A DNA stretch of 64,000 nt from Patescibacteria group bacterium (GCA_019752815.1 JAIELQ010000006.1:1577-65576); one strand, 5' to 3'. Shown: positions 35,896 to 46,533, counted from the first letter of the stretch. Translations and numbers: made by a program. Notes: a model not told the origin generated them from the sequence alone.

Positions 35896-36090
35896 TCATT
35901 TTTCAATATCTTCAGGCTTGGTGTCTTTATCACCAGGGAACTTGAAGTTTCTCTGGATATCCAGAGCAATTGCTGCTCCTTTTGAGTTTCTTCTGTTGTG
36001 TCTGTTCACTCCAGAAAATTCATCACTCCTCAGAATTTCCTGACCTTCAGTTGTAAGTAAAAGTTCACGCAGTGCGAATGGTCGTTCCAT
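35896..36090 (-). CDS. small hypothetical protein
   Basis: 64-aa ORF with strong SD AGGAGG. Confidence 0.55.
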   Translation of the reverse strand: MERPFALRELLLTTEGQEILRSDEFSGVNRHNRRNSKGAAIALDIQRNFKFPGDKDTKPEDIEK

Positions 36091-36247
36091 GTCATCCTCC
36101 TGTTAAATCCCTTAAATACTCTAGCATTTTTTGCTTTGGTTGCAAAAAGCTTGAATTCTTGTACAATACGCGGGCTTCTAGAGGGGTAGGCGGATATGGA
36201 CATATGCCTCCTCTCACACAACAAAACAACTTTAATAAACACACATC

Positions 36248-36673
36248 ATGGCTAAAAAACTCGTAAAGACAATCAAAGTACAGTCAAAAGGTGGTAAAGC
36301 GACACCAGCTCCACCACTAGGACCAGTACTTGGACAAGCTGGTATTAACATCGGTGAATTTGTAAACCAATTCAACGAACAAACTCGTGACCGAATGGGG
36401 GAAGTAGTTCCAATTGTAATCTCAGTCTATGATGACCGAACATTTACGTTTGTTACTAAAACTTCACCAGCCTCACGCCTTATCTTAAAAGCTATCGGCA
36501 AAGAAAAGGGTTCAAGTAAGAACAAACAATCAAAAGCTGGAAACATCACTAAAGCTCAAATTCGCGAAATCGCTGAAATCAAAGCCGTCGACATGACAGC
36601 AGCAAGCATCGAAACCGCAATGAAGAGTATCGAAGGAACAGCTCGTTCAATGGGGGTAACAGTTATAGATTAA
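36248..36673 (+). CDS. rplK: 50S ribosomal protein uL11
   Basis: [20 protein letters not shown]...FN, GTARSMG. Confidence 0.97.
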   Translation: MAKKLVKTIKVQSKGGKATPAPPLGPVLGQAGINIGEFVNQFNEQTRDRMGEVVPIVISVYDDRTFTFVTKTSPASRLILKAIGKEKGSSKNKQSKAGNITKAQIREIAEIKAVDMTAASIETAMKSIEGTARSMGVTVID

Positions 36674-36681
36674 CTGTTACC

Positions 36682-36724
36682 GAGGTTGCCAGCTATTTTG
36701 AAAAAATAGCGACAACCTGTACAG
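36682..36724 (-). repeat. bulged-hairpin repeat copy E
   Basis: GAGGTTGCCAGCTATTTTGAAAAAATAGCGACAACCTGTACAG. Confidence 0.75.
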
Positions 36725-36904
36725 TCTCTGTAAGAGATTATGTTATTGACTAAGGTCTTATATCTTCTAGCAAAAAAGCGCCTCAGGCGCTTTTTTGTTG
36801 TCTGGTTATCTACGATTGGCTTTGCATGTAAGAATCTCTGATGTACTGCGTCAAAAGGTTTAGAGCCCAGTTTTCTGGGTACGTTCAAAAAAAAGGAGTA
36901 TGCC

Positions 36905-37357
36905 GTGAAAGTTTTGAAATTCGGCCTTTTTGGTCACCGGTGGAAAAAACGTGACGAACTTTTTCTTGTTGTAAGTGACACAATGAGGCTTGATGTCTCA
37001 ACTGCTCACCCCAGTTTACTTAAAAGAGTCATGAACCGCGAACGTTTTGCCACGTTTGTGAGTCCTGAAGAACGAGCAAGAAAACTCATTATCCCCCCTG
37101 AAGACAAAATATCGATAATTACTGAACTCAACTATGTTGGTTCAGTAAAGATTGACGAAGAAGCGTGGCGACATTTTGTCTTTGTGGTTGGTCATGATTT
37201 CTGCTTTAAAGATCGCCTTGGACGTGAGTATGTCACCTCAACGGCTAATCTGAGAGCTAATTTGGGTCAGGTGAATGGTCCGGTGGTGGAAGAGATTATT
37301 GCTAACCGCGTACCTCATCTCAAGATCCTGCAACCTGAGGCGCTTAGGTCGCCGTAA
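36905..37357 (+). CDS. hypothetical protein
   Basis: 150-aa ORF, SD AAGGAG, own terminator-like IR. Confidence 0.6.
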   Translation: MKVLKFGLFGHRWKKRDELFLVVSDTMRLDVSTAHPSLLKRVMNRERFATFVSPEERARKLIIPPEDKISIITELNYVGSVKIDEEAWRHFVFVVGHDFCFKDRLGREYVTSTANLRANLGQVNGPVVEEIIANRVPHLKILQPEALRSP

Positions 37358-37627
37358 CGTAGCCCCGTCCACATTTTGATTAATGTGGGTGGGGCTCATT
37401 CATTATGTAAGCAATGCTTTCATTTACATCGTTCACGACTAATGTACGCAAGCTTCCACCGCCACTCACTCGTAATTGTATACAAGTATTCAATTACTTC
37501 GTTCGTATCTAAAGAAAGTAAACTTTCTCCGATACTCACTCGTAATTGTAAGAAGGGGGGAAGTGATGCGTCAAAAGGTTTGGAGCCGTAAAAAACGGTG
37601 AGTTCAACAACATAATGAGGGCAGGAA

Positions 37628-38044
37628 ATGCTTGGTGAGATTATAAAACCATTCATCCCCGAGAAGATGATATTGGTCGCTGTTTGCGAAGGAGATCAGC
37701 TCTACATCTTTGATCGACAGCAATTTGCCGGTCTTATCGGCAACAAAGCCTCTCGTCCGTGGGGGACCAGCCCTCGCAGTCGCGGTCAGAAGCTTGTACG
37801 CAAAGTAGCAGAAAGTGGCAATCGGCACTTCGCTGTCCAGAGGTCAGCTGCTCTGGCTGAATCAGTGCATTTTGTGTTTTGGTTTCCGAAACCAGGCACC
37901 TTCAAGCCTGACGAGTGGGTAGGTAAGGTGGTCAGCTTGCCTGATGAAACTGTTGTGCCCAAAGCCAAGCTTCGTGTCATCGAGACTGCGCTTGTGCGGG
38001 CGCGAGAAAATCTGACGCTTGAAAATTGGCAGAAGATTGCCTAA
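37628..38044 (+). CDS. hypothetical protein
   Basis: 138-aa ORF, SD-like GAGG/AGGA, terminator after. Confidence 0.55.
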   Translation: MLGEIIKPFIPEKMILVAVCEGDQLYIFDRQQFAGLIGNKASRPWGTSPRSRGQKLVRKVAESGNRHFAVQRSAALAESVHFVFWFPKPGTFKPDEWVGKVVSLPDETVVPKAKLRVIETALVRARENLTLENWQKIA

Positions 38045-38191
38045 GATTAAGCCAGTAACCTGGCAAAAAACCGTGGCGTCCGACTCACCTCGGGCGCCGC
38101 TTTTTATATACCCTCATTTCTACTAATAAATAAAATTGTATGTTATAACAAAGTCAGCAAAAGATAAGTACATAAACAGGAGAGGGAAGAC

Positions 38192-38743
38192 ATGGAAGCC
38201 ATTCTGACGCCGATTATCACCAACCCTAACCGCCCGCTACCACGCAGTATGTTCGTCCCTGGTATTCGACATACGGTTATGGTGGGGGTGGTGAGTCAAG
38301 ACAGTGGCTTTGCGGTGATTAAGCCACTGCGTGACCCGACCGGTCATGTGTGGATTCCACCGCAAGGTCCAGTCGGACACAAACGTTCTCTGTTTGTGGC
38401 CGGACGACACGTGTTGCGTGAAGAAATTCCCTCGTTGCAACGTCCGCATCAGCATGGTGTTCCAATTATTGATTGGAGAAGTGCCACCTACGCCGGCTCT
38501 GCCATAAACGAGCATGCACGAAGCGGTCGGTGCAAAATGGTGCATGTGGTGCTATTCCGAGCCCAATCTACTCGGATACCGGTTTTGCGAGGTAATGGTT
38601 CGGATTGTGTTGATGCGCAATGGGTGTTCTCTAACGAGATGTTGGAGCATTTGCTCGAGACAACACAACAGAGCAACCCAATCAAGGCCAACATTGTGTT
38701 GGAAGCTGCCTGGATTGCCAAGACCATTGGCTGGCTCAACTAG
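38192..38743 (+). CDS. degenerate NUDIX-fold-like protein
   Basis: W.PPQG.V....SL..A..H.LREE resembles a Nudix box. SD AGGAG. Confidence 0.5.
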   Translation: MEAILTPIITNPNRPLPRSMFVPGIRHTVMVGVVSQDSGFAVIKPLRDPTGHVWIPPQGPVGHKRSLFVAGRHVLREEIPSLQRPHQHGVPIIDWRSATYAGSAINEHARSGRCKMVHVVLFRAQSTRIPVLRGNGSDCVDAQWVFSNEMLEHLLETTQQSNPIKANIVLEAAWIAKTIGWLN

Positions 38744-38879
38744 ATTTTTTCGGCTCGTGCCGGTTGCGTTTTGCGCAACCGGCACCCGTTACCCTAAGGT
38801 CCTCATTTGAGGATTTTTTTGTTATTTTTGGATAGTTTGGTATAGTGCAACAAGAAAGAAACCCTGGAAAGGATTAACA

Positions 38880-39305
38880 ATGCACCGTACATCAATGTAT
38901 GTTGGAATGGCGCTGACAGATGCGCCACCAGAATTTCGAATCGACTTCCAAAATGAGCTGAAAAGTGAATTGCGGAAGTTGCCCGATGTCACCGTTCTTG
39001 ATTTCGTTGGTCTGGAAGATGGTACTGCGGTTGAGGTCTATAATCATGATCGCAAATGTACCGAGGGCGCCGACCTCTGCATTTTCATCGTCGACCACGC
39101 CTCGACCGGTCTGGGGATGGAAATCATGATTCGGCATCATTCCCGCCGGCATATGCTATTTTTCGCCAAAAAGAATAGCCGGGTGACGCGGATGCTCACG
39201 GGCTTCCTTCAGTGCGAGGGACGCAATTTAGGTCGATATGAGGATGTTGCCGACATTATTGCCGCTGTCAAAGAATTCCTTGATCAGCGCAATCATTCGG
39301 CCTAA
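38880..39305 (+). CDS. nucleoside 2-deoxyribosyltransferase-like protein
   Basis: YVG..L, D..C...AD.....D.ASTGLGME. Confidence 0.6.
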   Translation: MHRTSMYVGMALTDAPPEFRIDFQNELKSELRKLPDVTVLDFVGLEDGTAVEVYNHDRKCTEGADLCIFIVDHASTGLGMEIMIRHHSRRHMLFFAKKNSRVTRMLTGFLQCEGRNLGRYEDVADIIAAVKEFLDQRNHSA

Positions 39306-39375
39306 TCGAAGCAGAAGCGCCTCGGCCCAGGCGCTTCTTTCTTTTGTTTTAGGGAGGATGTTATACTGTGCCGGT

Positions 39376-40479
39376 ATGGAAATTTCTGGAAAGGGGGCTT
39401 TGCCCGCCCAATTAATCGAGCAGCTAATTAATGAAGGTAGTATAAAGGGTGCAGACAAAAAACATATTTCCCCAGCTTCACTTGACCTGACGGTGAGTGA
39501 TGAGGTCTACACTATCAAAGGGTTACTCTTGCCAAAAGTTGGTGAAAAAATTAGCGATTTACTAGAACTGATGGAAGCCGAGAAAACAGATTTCACCACT
39601 CCGCTCGCTGCCGGGCAAATGTATTTGGTAAAGTTAAACGAAGCACTTTCACTCCCGGATACACTGTACGGGTATTGCAATCCTAAATCATCAACCGGAC
39701 GTCTCGACGTACATATTCGTGTGTTAGCAGATGGGGTACCGCGATTTGATTCTATTACTCCAAAAGGATTTACCGGTAGCTTGTGGGCGGCAATTTTCCC
39801 CCAGTCGTTTGCAATTAAACTAGAGGCTGGTATACCACTCACACAGCTCAGACTATTTACTGCCGATACGCGTTTTACTGAAGATGATTTGAAGGTCGCT
39901 ATGGGTAACGGTTTGGTTTTTGATAGAGTGTCAGGAGCGCAGCTGCTATACGACGATTTGGTTACCAATGATCAAGACGGTTCGGTAGTGCTCACGGCCT
40001 TAGTTGAAGAAGGGATTTGTGGATATGAATGTATTTCTGAACCCGACCAAGTCATTGATGTACAAAATATTGCGGGGTATGCCGGCTCAGACTTTTTTAA
40101 ACCACTGACGATTGAGCGTGGAGCCCTTCGGCTCAAACGTGATAAGTTTTACATCCTTTCAGGAGCTGAGGCGGTTCGTATACCTCCTGAGCTCGCCTCT
40201 GAGATGGTACCAATGGATGAACGTAGTGGAGATTTTCGTTCTCACTACGCTGGATTTCTCGACCCGGGTTGGGGGTATGGACTAGCTGGTGAGGGGAAGG
40301 GTAGACCATTTACACTCGAAGTTCGCCCCTTTGAGGATTTAGTTATCCGGGCAGGTCAGCCAATCGCAAAAATAAAATTCGAAAAAATGACTGTTGCTCC
40401 TACGTTTCATTATGATACTAAAGTATCAAATTATTTAGTCCAAACAGGTCCAAAATTAGGAAAACAGTTCAGGAACTAA
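39376..40479 (+). CDS. dcd: dCTP deaminase (long two-domain form)
   Basis: PASLDL, NPKSSTGRLD, RSHYAGF.DPGWG, TLEVR. Confidence 0.88.
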   Translation: MEISGKGALPAQLIEQLINEGSIKGADKKHISPASLDLTVSDEVYTIKGLLLPKVGEKISDLLELMEAEKTDFTTPLAAGQMYLVKLNEALSLPDTLYGYCNPKSSTGRLDVHIRVLADGVPRFDSITPKGFTGSLWAAIFPQSFAIKLEAGIPLTQLRLFTADTRFTEDDLKVAMGNGLVFDRVSGAQLLYDDLVTNDQDGSVVLTALVEEGICGYECISEPDQVIDVQNIAGYAGSDFFKPLTIERGALRLKRDKFYILSGAEAVRIPPELASEMVPMDERSGDFRSHYAGFLDPGWGYGLAGEGKGRPFTLEVRPFEDLVIRAGQPIAKIKFEKMTVAPTFHYDTKVSNYLVQTGPKLGKQFRN

Positions 40480-41396
40480 ATAGCCTTTTCGTCAGCTCGA
40501 GCATGAGCGAGGAGTAAAATAAAAGCTGTTTGCGAAAATCCCAAGTAATGATCGGTACCGGTTATAGTATTTTCGAGTATTTCAATTTTTAACTCTGATA
40601 GTTTAAGTAAGTCCCGTATAGCCAAATCAGTATAATCAATTCCGCCAGATATTTGGGTTACCCGGTCACCCATAATTTCAGCTACTTTATCACCGAGTAT
40701 CTCAAGTGCGTACGAATCATTTTTCATTTCATTAATGGTTTGAGAAAAAAGTGAAATCTCTTCAGAAAATCCTAAAACCTTACTACGGTTATTGGGAAAC
40801 GAACCAGCAGCAGCGCTCTCAACACTAATAGTGCCGATGTCTAAGGTAGCGGTTAAATTCTTAATGGTTGATTGGACCATATCTTCTGGTAGAGAAGCAA
40901 ACTGTGTTTGTAGTCGCTTGATTCTTTCCTCGCGTACCTGGCACCCCTTTGCTGTTATCGAAATTACCCATTGAATGAGGCGTCTTCCTTCTTCAATGGT
41001 TGTAGGTTTTTCAAGATGTTCAAAGTCGAAGTCATCTTCTTCTGTATCGTAATGCCAAATTAAGGGCGCGGTATCAAAACCAATTACAATAGACTCTGGA
41101 TTGATTGTCTGATGATCGAGTATGTGTTGCACTTTTGCTCCTGCTATATGGCGCACGATATCGCGTCCATCGTCTGCATAGTAAGATGGAATACCCTGCG
41201 AGGCATCAAGCTCTTTAGACTTGTCGGCTTCAACGGCAACCGGTATACGTTCAGATTTTGATACATCACTAAAGCCCAGTGATTCTAGTTGTGATTTACG
41301 AAAGTCAGATTGGGAGGCTAAAACTACCGGATATTTATTCCAGTACGCAAGTATTTCCTCGGTCGGTGTATGAAATTTTGGTCCGCCTTCGTGCAT
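40476..41396 (-). CDS. Maf-like nucleotide pyrophosphatase (divergent)
   Basis: VVLASQS..R...L..LG, A..K, VIG.DT, LEKP....E. Confidence 0.6.
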   Translation of the reverse strand: MHEGGPKFHTPTEEILAYWNKYPVVLASQSDFRKSQLESLGFSDVSKSERIPVAVEADKSKELDASQGIPSYYADDGRDIVRHIAGAKVQHILDHQTINPESIVIGFDTAPLIWHYDTEEDDFDFEHLEKPTTIEEGRRLIQWVISITAKGCQVREERIKRLQTQFASLPEDMVQSTIKNLTATLDIGTISVESAAAGSFPNNRSKVLGFSEEISLFSQTINEMKNDSYALEILGDKVAEIMGDRVTQISGGIDYTDLAIRDLLKLSELKIEILENTITGTDHYLGFSQTAFILLLAHARADEKAI

Positions 41397-41408
41397 AAAC
41401 GAGACGCA

Positions 41409-42770
41409 TTATTCCTTTTTTACGATATCGTGCTCGCCTCGTTTGATGTTGAAACGACCAGGGTCTGGATCGAGATGGAAAGTTAGTCCGGCGTCTCCAT
41501 ATTTTTCTTGCAGTAGAGAGGCCATAATTCCGGCTTTAGTTGCGAGTGTGGGATGAACGAGGCTCGTTGCTCGTATCTCTATTAGATACACCAAGGCAGG
41601 CAGGTCACCTGACAGGTAATTACTAATGTTATAGCCCATTGGTAGGTAGTATTGGCGAATGTTTTTATCTGGTGTCAGAGATTCTATAGCAGTTTTCTGT
41701 TCAGCGATTAATGCAGTAGCTTCAGTGCGTAATTGTGGAGTTAGTTGCTCAAGATACCAAGGATTAAAACCGATATCAGCAGTAAGTAGAGGCATACGTT
41801 GGGTAACAGCCCGATGGCGCTGAATATCCCGGAAAGAACCAAAATCAAGGGTAAACGCCAGCGCTACTTCACCGTATACTCCAAGCCATTTCGGGAGCTC
41901 AGTTTTTGCTGGACGATTTACTAATAGTTCACGGTAGGGTGTTAGACCCTTTATATCAATACTGTCCCGCACAATCTCCATCTCTCTCGAATGGGCATCA
42001 TGGTAGTAGTACTGATTCATTGTTTCGGCGACATATTTCTCGGTCGCTTCGTAGCGTTTCTTTTCAACAGAAAAAGAATTTGGATAGGCAGCAATCATGC
42101 CGTCTTCGAGTACCTGGGCAATTTCCTGTACTTCAAGTAATGGGTGATGGCGCAGATGGGCGATACGATCGGCAAACTGCCGGAGTGTTCCTGTCCAAGC
42201 TAAGTTGGTTGAAGCTCCCGCCGGCAAAAACCCACGAGTAATATCAAACGCTCGGGCAGCAATTGCTTTGTCATAGGTCACTTCCTTTTCTCCCTCACCA
42301 AGCGGATACCGTTTTTTTAATTCCACCTTCATTTCCTCTACTGCTTTTAAATAAAACGCTCGCCACGTCTCGAGGATTTTATTTCCCTCAGGACTTCCGA
42401 CGGGGTTGATAAATAGTTGCCCAGCAAAATCAATGTAGCGAGTTGAAGCTTCTTGTCCGTTATAAAGCTTGTAATCCTGGATAGCTTTTGCCGCCAACAT
42501 CGAAACACCCTCAATAAAAACTACTGCCATTCCACAGTCACCAATAGATTTGTGCCCATAGCCAACGTAGTACGTCGACATAAATTTGTCAGCTCCTTTT
42601 TCAGCGAGTATTTTTAAGTGCTCATCCACTCCACCGGTTGAGCGGGAGTGCAGGGCTTGAAGCATCGCTAAAGCTTCAGCGGTTAACGTTGCTCCTGGAT
42701 CAATAATCACTATCTTCCCGCCACTACCGAGTGCGGCTCTTGTGTGGTTTAAATTTTCGATGTTTTGCAT
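41409..42770 (-). CDS. thyX: FAD-dependent thymidylate synthase (tandem-domain form)
   Basis: YGHKSIGD, QEASTRY, RDIQRHR. Confidence 0.85.
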   Translation of the reverse strand: MQNIENLNHTRAALGSGGKIVIIDPGATLTAEALAMLQALHSRSTGGVDEHLKILAEKGADKFMSTYYVGYGHKSIGDCGMAVVFIEGVSMLAAKAIQDYKLYNGQEASTRYIDFAGQLFINPVGSPEGNKILETWRAFYLKAVEEMKVELKKRYPLGEGEKEVTYDKAIAARAFDITRGFLPAGASTNLAWTGTLRQFADRIAHLRHHPLLEVQEIAQVLEDGMIAAYPNSFSVEKKRYEATEKYVAETMNQYYYHDAHSREMEIVRDSIDIKGLTPYRELLVNRPAKTELPKWLGVYGEVALAFTLDFGSFRDIQRHRAVTQRMPLLTADIGFNPWYLEQLTPQLRTEATALIAEQKTAIESLTPDKNIRQYYLPMGYNISNYLSGDLPALVYLIEIRATSLVHPTLATKAGIMASLLQEKYGDAGLTFHLDPDPGRFNIKRGEHDIVKKE

Positions 42771-42946
42771 ATACTTTAATTGTAGTTTCTGTTGGGTTTT
42801 TAAGATTGATACTTATACCCAATAGTAGTGAAAAGACACTAATAAGTCAGGAAATTTGTATCTGTACAGTTGACCTGCTATGTAAGCTGTTCGCTAATAC
42901 TAAGAGATTTTGGAGGTAGGCTTTGTGCGGTGTTACTATTAACACC

Positions 42947-43630
42947 ATGCAAACAGGTAAACTTATAGTATTAGACGGGGGAGATGGGGCAGGGAAAGCA
43001 ACCCAGGTGGCTTTGTTGGTAAAGCAATTAATGGCAGATGGCTATAAAGTCGAAACTCTAGATTTTCCGCAGTATACTCAAAATACATTTGGTGCATTGA
43101 TTCGGGAATGTCTCGATGGTAAGCGGGGTGACTTTATGGCAACCGATGCACGAGTCGCCTCAACGCTGTATGCCGCTGATAGATTTGAATCAAAACCGAG
43201 ACTTGAATCATGGCTTGAAGAGGGAAAAATTGTTGTTCTTGATAGATACGTTAGTTCGAACATGATGCACCAAGGCGCCAAGATTAAAGACGCAGATGAA
43301 CTCGAAGCCTTTTTAGGATGGCTTGATCACATGGAACATGGCGTGTTTGGTCTGCCTCGACCTGATGTGATTTTATATCTTGAGGTACCGTTTGGAGTGA
43401 GACAAAATCTTAAAAAAGTAGCGGTAGCCGCGGGCAAACATGGAGCAGATGTAAAACTAGATCTAGCCGAAGCCGATCACCACCATCAGGAACAAGTAGA
43501 GATTAGAGCTAAAACGATAGTGTCGAGTAAAAACAATTGGAAAGTAGTTCATTGTTGTGAGGGTGAAAATATTCGCAGTCGTGAAGATATCCATACTGAT
43601 GTGTACGCGATAGTTAAAGGGGCTTTATAA
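42947..43630 (+). CDS. tmk: thymidylate kinase
   Basis: DGGDGAGKATQ P-loop, LYAADR, LDRYVSSN, LPRPD. Confidence 0.92.
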   Translation: MQTGKLIVLDGGDGAGKATQVALLVKQLMADGYKVETLDFPQYTQNTFGALIRECLDGKRGDFMATDARVASTLYAADRFESKPRLESWLEEGKIVVLDRYVSSNMMHQGAKIKDADELEAFLGWLDHMEHGVFGLPRPDVILYLEVPFGVRQNLKKVAVAAGKHGADVKLDLAEADHHHQEQVEIRAKTIVSSKNNWKVVHCCEGENIRSREDIHTDVYAIVKGAL

Positions 43631-43633
43631 CCT

Positions 43634-44056
43634 ATGCAGCTACGGATTAAAAAACTCCATCCCGATGCTAAGATGCCACAATTTGCGCATGCGAGTGATG
43701 CGGGTTTGGATTTGTGTACGGTTATTGATTTCACCATTAATCCCGGTGAGCATCGCTTAATCTCGACTGGTCTCACGATTGTATTTCCTGACGGCTATAC
43801 CGCCCTAGTCTGGGACAAGGGAGGAATTGCTAATAAACGCCACCTAAAAACAGTGGGTGGAGTGTTTGATACCGAATATCGGGGGGAGTATCTAATTGGG
43901 TTATACAATTTTGGCCACGAACCCCAGACATTTGCTGTCGGTGATAAAATTGCCCAGCTACTGATTCAAAAAGTTGAACATCCTGAAATTATTGAAGTGA
44001 CTGAATTAGATGAAACTGTCCGGGGGGACGGAGCGTTTGGAAGTACCGGTGTATAA
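43634..44056 (+). CDS. dut: dUTPase
   Basis: DAGLDL, GVFD.EYRGE, KIAQL, RG.G.FGSTG. Confidence 0.94.
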   Translation: MQLRIKKLHPDAKMPQFAHASDAGLDLCTVIDFTINPGEHRLISTGLTIVFPDGYTALVWDKGGIANKRHLKTVGGVFDTEYRGEYLIGLYNFGHEPQTFAVGDKIAQLLIQKVEHPEIIEVTELDETVRGDGAFGSTGV

Positions 44057-44077
44057 TAGAATGATAATCTTCAGCAT

Positions 44078-44770
44078 ATGAATACGGCAAAATTAATTGT
44101 GATTGATGGTGGGGCAAATGTAGGAAAGGCAACACAGGCTGATATGTTGATGAATCGTTTGCTGAGTGAGGGGTACTCAGTGGGAAAAATTGATTTTCCC
44201 CGGTACAGTCAAAACTCGATTGGTCACTTTATTCGTGAATGTCTCGATGGAGAAGAGGATAGGTTCGCAGCGCTAGATCCTAAAATTGTAGCTATGATCT
44301 ATGCGGCTGACCGTTTTGAATCTAAGAGTCAAATCGAAGAGTGGATTAGTGAAGGTCGTATCATTATTTTTGACCGATACGTTAGTTCTAATATGATGCA
44401 CCAGGGTGCCAAAGTGCAAGACAGCGATACCCGAGACGAATTTTTTTCTTGGGTAGAACATTTAGAATATGATATTTTTGGATTGCCCCGCCCGGACATG
44501 ACCGTTTTTTTGGATATTCCACCTGAAGATAGTCAGAAACTCCTCGAATATATTGATGACATCGGCGTAACGGTAGTTGACCCACTAGAAAAAGACCGGC
44601 TCCATCAAGCGAAAGTTTCAAAATGTGCGAGCTATCTCGCCAATACTCAAAATCAGTGGGTCACGGTCTCATGTGTTACAGAAGGTTCTCTTCGCCCACG
44701 TGAAGAGATCCATGAGGAAGTTTATAGCGCTGTTAAGCAACAGTTACCACCAGTTCCAGCAAAAGCGTAG
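44078..44770 (+). CDS. thymidylate kinase paralog
   Basis: Colinear with 42947-43630 (FPRY, YAADRFESK, DRYVSSNMMHQGAK). P-loop DGGANVGKAT. Confidence 0.85.
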   Translation: MNTAKLIVIDGGANVGKATQADMLMNRLLSEGYSVGKIDFPRYSQNSIGHFIRECLDGEEDRFAALDPKIVAMIYAADRFESKSQIEEWISEGRIIIFDRYVSSNMMHQGAKVQDSDTRDEFFSWVEHLEYDIFGLPRPDMTVFLDIPPEDSQKLLEYIDDIGVTVVDPLEKDRLHQAKVSKCASYLANTQNQWVTVSCVTEGSLRPREEIHEEVYSAVKQQLPPVPAKA

Positions 44771-44776
44771 GCTTAT

Positions 44777-45118
44777 ATGGATTTTGATACATATCAAAAA
44801 GAATCTCGCCAGAAAGCTGTATATCCTGAAATTGGTAATAATTTTGTATTCCCAACGTTAGGACTAGTTGGTGAGGCAGGAGAAGTGGCAGAGAAAATTA
44901 AAAAACTAATTAGAGATAAAAATACTGCTACGTCAGAGACTGTGACGAGTGAAGACAGGGCTGAAATTCAAAAAGAGCTTGGTGATGTGTTGTGGTACTT
45001 AGCTCAGTTAGCCAGCGAGTTTAAACTGTCTTTAACTGATGTGGCGCAGACTAACCTCAATAAAATCGCTTCACGTCACGATAGGGGAGTTGTCCATGGC
45101 GACGGTGACAATCGGTAG
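44777..45118 (+). CDS. MazG-like nucleotide pyrophosphohydrolase
   Basis: LGL.GEAGEVAEK.KK, ELGDVLWY, G.GDNR. Confidence 0.9.
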   Translation: MDFDTYQKESRQKAVYPEIGNNFVFPTLGLVGEAGEVAEKIKKLIRDKNTATSETVTSEDRAEIQKELGDVLWYLAQLASEFKLSLTDVAQTNLNKIASRHDRGVVHGDGDNR

Positions 45119-45208
45119 TGATATAATTCGAACACAAACAATTTTAAACTATGATTTAAGTACCTGTACAATTTCTGAAGATTATTTAAAACTTTAAGTG
45201 TATTAAAA

Positions 45209-46477
45209 ATGCAAAATTACGATTTCATTAAAGCGCAGGATCCAGAATTGTACGCGACGTTGATTGGGGAGGAGGCGCGCGAGGCGCGGGGGATTGAGCT
45301 AATCCCGAGTGAGAACTATGTCTCACGAGCGGTCTTGGAAGCCAATGGCTCAGTATTCACGAACAAATATTCTGAAGGGTACCCGGGCAAGCGTTACTAT
45401 GGCGGACAACAGTACACCGACCTCATGGAATCCATCACGATTGAGCGAGCTAAAACTTTGTTTAAGGCAAAATACGCCAACGTACAACCACTCGGTGGCG
45501 CAGCCGCTAACGTAGCAATGTACTTTGCGCTGATGGAGCCGGGAGACACGGTCTTGGGAATGGATCTTTCGCACGGTGGTCACTTGACCCACGGGCACCC
45601 AACTACCGCGATTAACAAAGTATTCAACTTTGTTCGTTACAAAATGAAGGACGTTGATACGGGTGAAATTGATTACGAGGCATTGCGTCAAACAGCGCTC
45701 GAACACAAGCCAAAAATTATCCTGGCTGGCTTCTCAGCGTACTGTCGTGAACTCGATTACCAAAAGTTTGTGGATATCGCACGTGAAGTCGGGGCCTATG
45801 CAGTTGCTGATGTGGCCCACATCACCGGATTAATTGCTGGTGGGGCCGCCCGCAATCCATTTGATTATGGCTTTGATGTGATGACGATGACCACCCATAA
45901 ATCGCTCCGTGGTCCGCGTGGTGGAATGATTGTAGTTCGCGAAAGTGAAGAGATTGCTAAAAAAATAAACAAAGCCGTTTTCCCAGGAATGCAGGGTGGA
46001 CCACACATGCACATTATTGCCGCCAAGGGGGTAGCCTTTGGTGAAGCTTTGACTCCGGCCTTTAAAACCTACGCGGCGCAAATTCTCAAAAATGCCAAAG
46101 CGATGGAAGCGGTGTTCAAAGCCCACAACGTACGATTGCTCTGTGGTGGAACCGACAACCATATGCTACTCGCTGACGTATTTGGTAGTCTCGGTGTGAC
46201 TGGTCAAGAAGCCGAGACGGTCCTTGATAAAGTCGGTATCACGCTTAACAAAAACATGATTGCTGATGATTCGCGCAGTGCCATGGATCCATCAGGTATT
46301 CGGTTTGGTACACCAGCGATGACCACGCGGGGGATGATGGAGGCTGACGCTACAAAGCTTGCTGAAATTATGATTACGACCATGAAGGCTAAAGATGACT
46401 TGGTAAAGATTAACGAACTCCAAAATGAGGTACAACAGTTATGTGAGGCGCACCCAGTCCCAGAGAATTTTATTTAA
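45209..46477 (+). CDS. glyA: serine hydroxymethyltransferase
   Basis: ELIPSENY, NKYSEGYPGKRYYGG, GGHLTHG, TTHKSLRGPRGG, SGIR.GTPA. Confidence 0.97.
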   Translation: MQNYDFIKAQDPELYATLIGEEAREARGIELIPSENYVSRAVLEANGSVFTNKYSEGYPGKRYYGGQQYTDLMESITIERAKTLFKAKYANVQPLGGAAANVAMYFALMEPGDTVLGMDLSHGGHLTHGHPTTAINKVFNFVRYKMKDVDTGEIDYEALRQTALEHKPKIILAGFSAYCRELDYQKFVDIAREVGAYAVADVAHITGLIAGGAARNPFDYGFDVMTMTTHKSLRGPRGGMIVVRESEEIAKKINKAVFPGMQGGPHMHIIAAKGVAFGEALTPAFKTYAAQILKNAKAMEAVFKAHNVRLLCGGTDNHMLLADVFGSLGVTGQEAETVLDKVGITLNKNMIADDSRSAMDPSGIRFGTPAMTTRGMMEADATKLAEIMITTMKAKDDLVKINELQNEVQQLCEAHPVPENFI

Positions 46478-46488
46478 AATAGCGCATT

Positions 46489-46533
46489 AACCTAAAGAAA
46501 AAACTGGCATCAGGCCAGTTTTTTCTTTAGGTT
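46489..46533 (+). terminator. terminator after glyA
   Basis: AACCTAAAGAAAAAACTGGC/GCCAGTTTTTTCTTTAGGTT inverted repeat. Confidence 0.7.
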
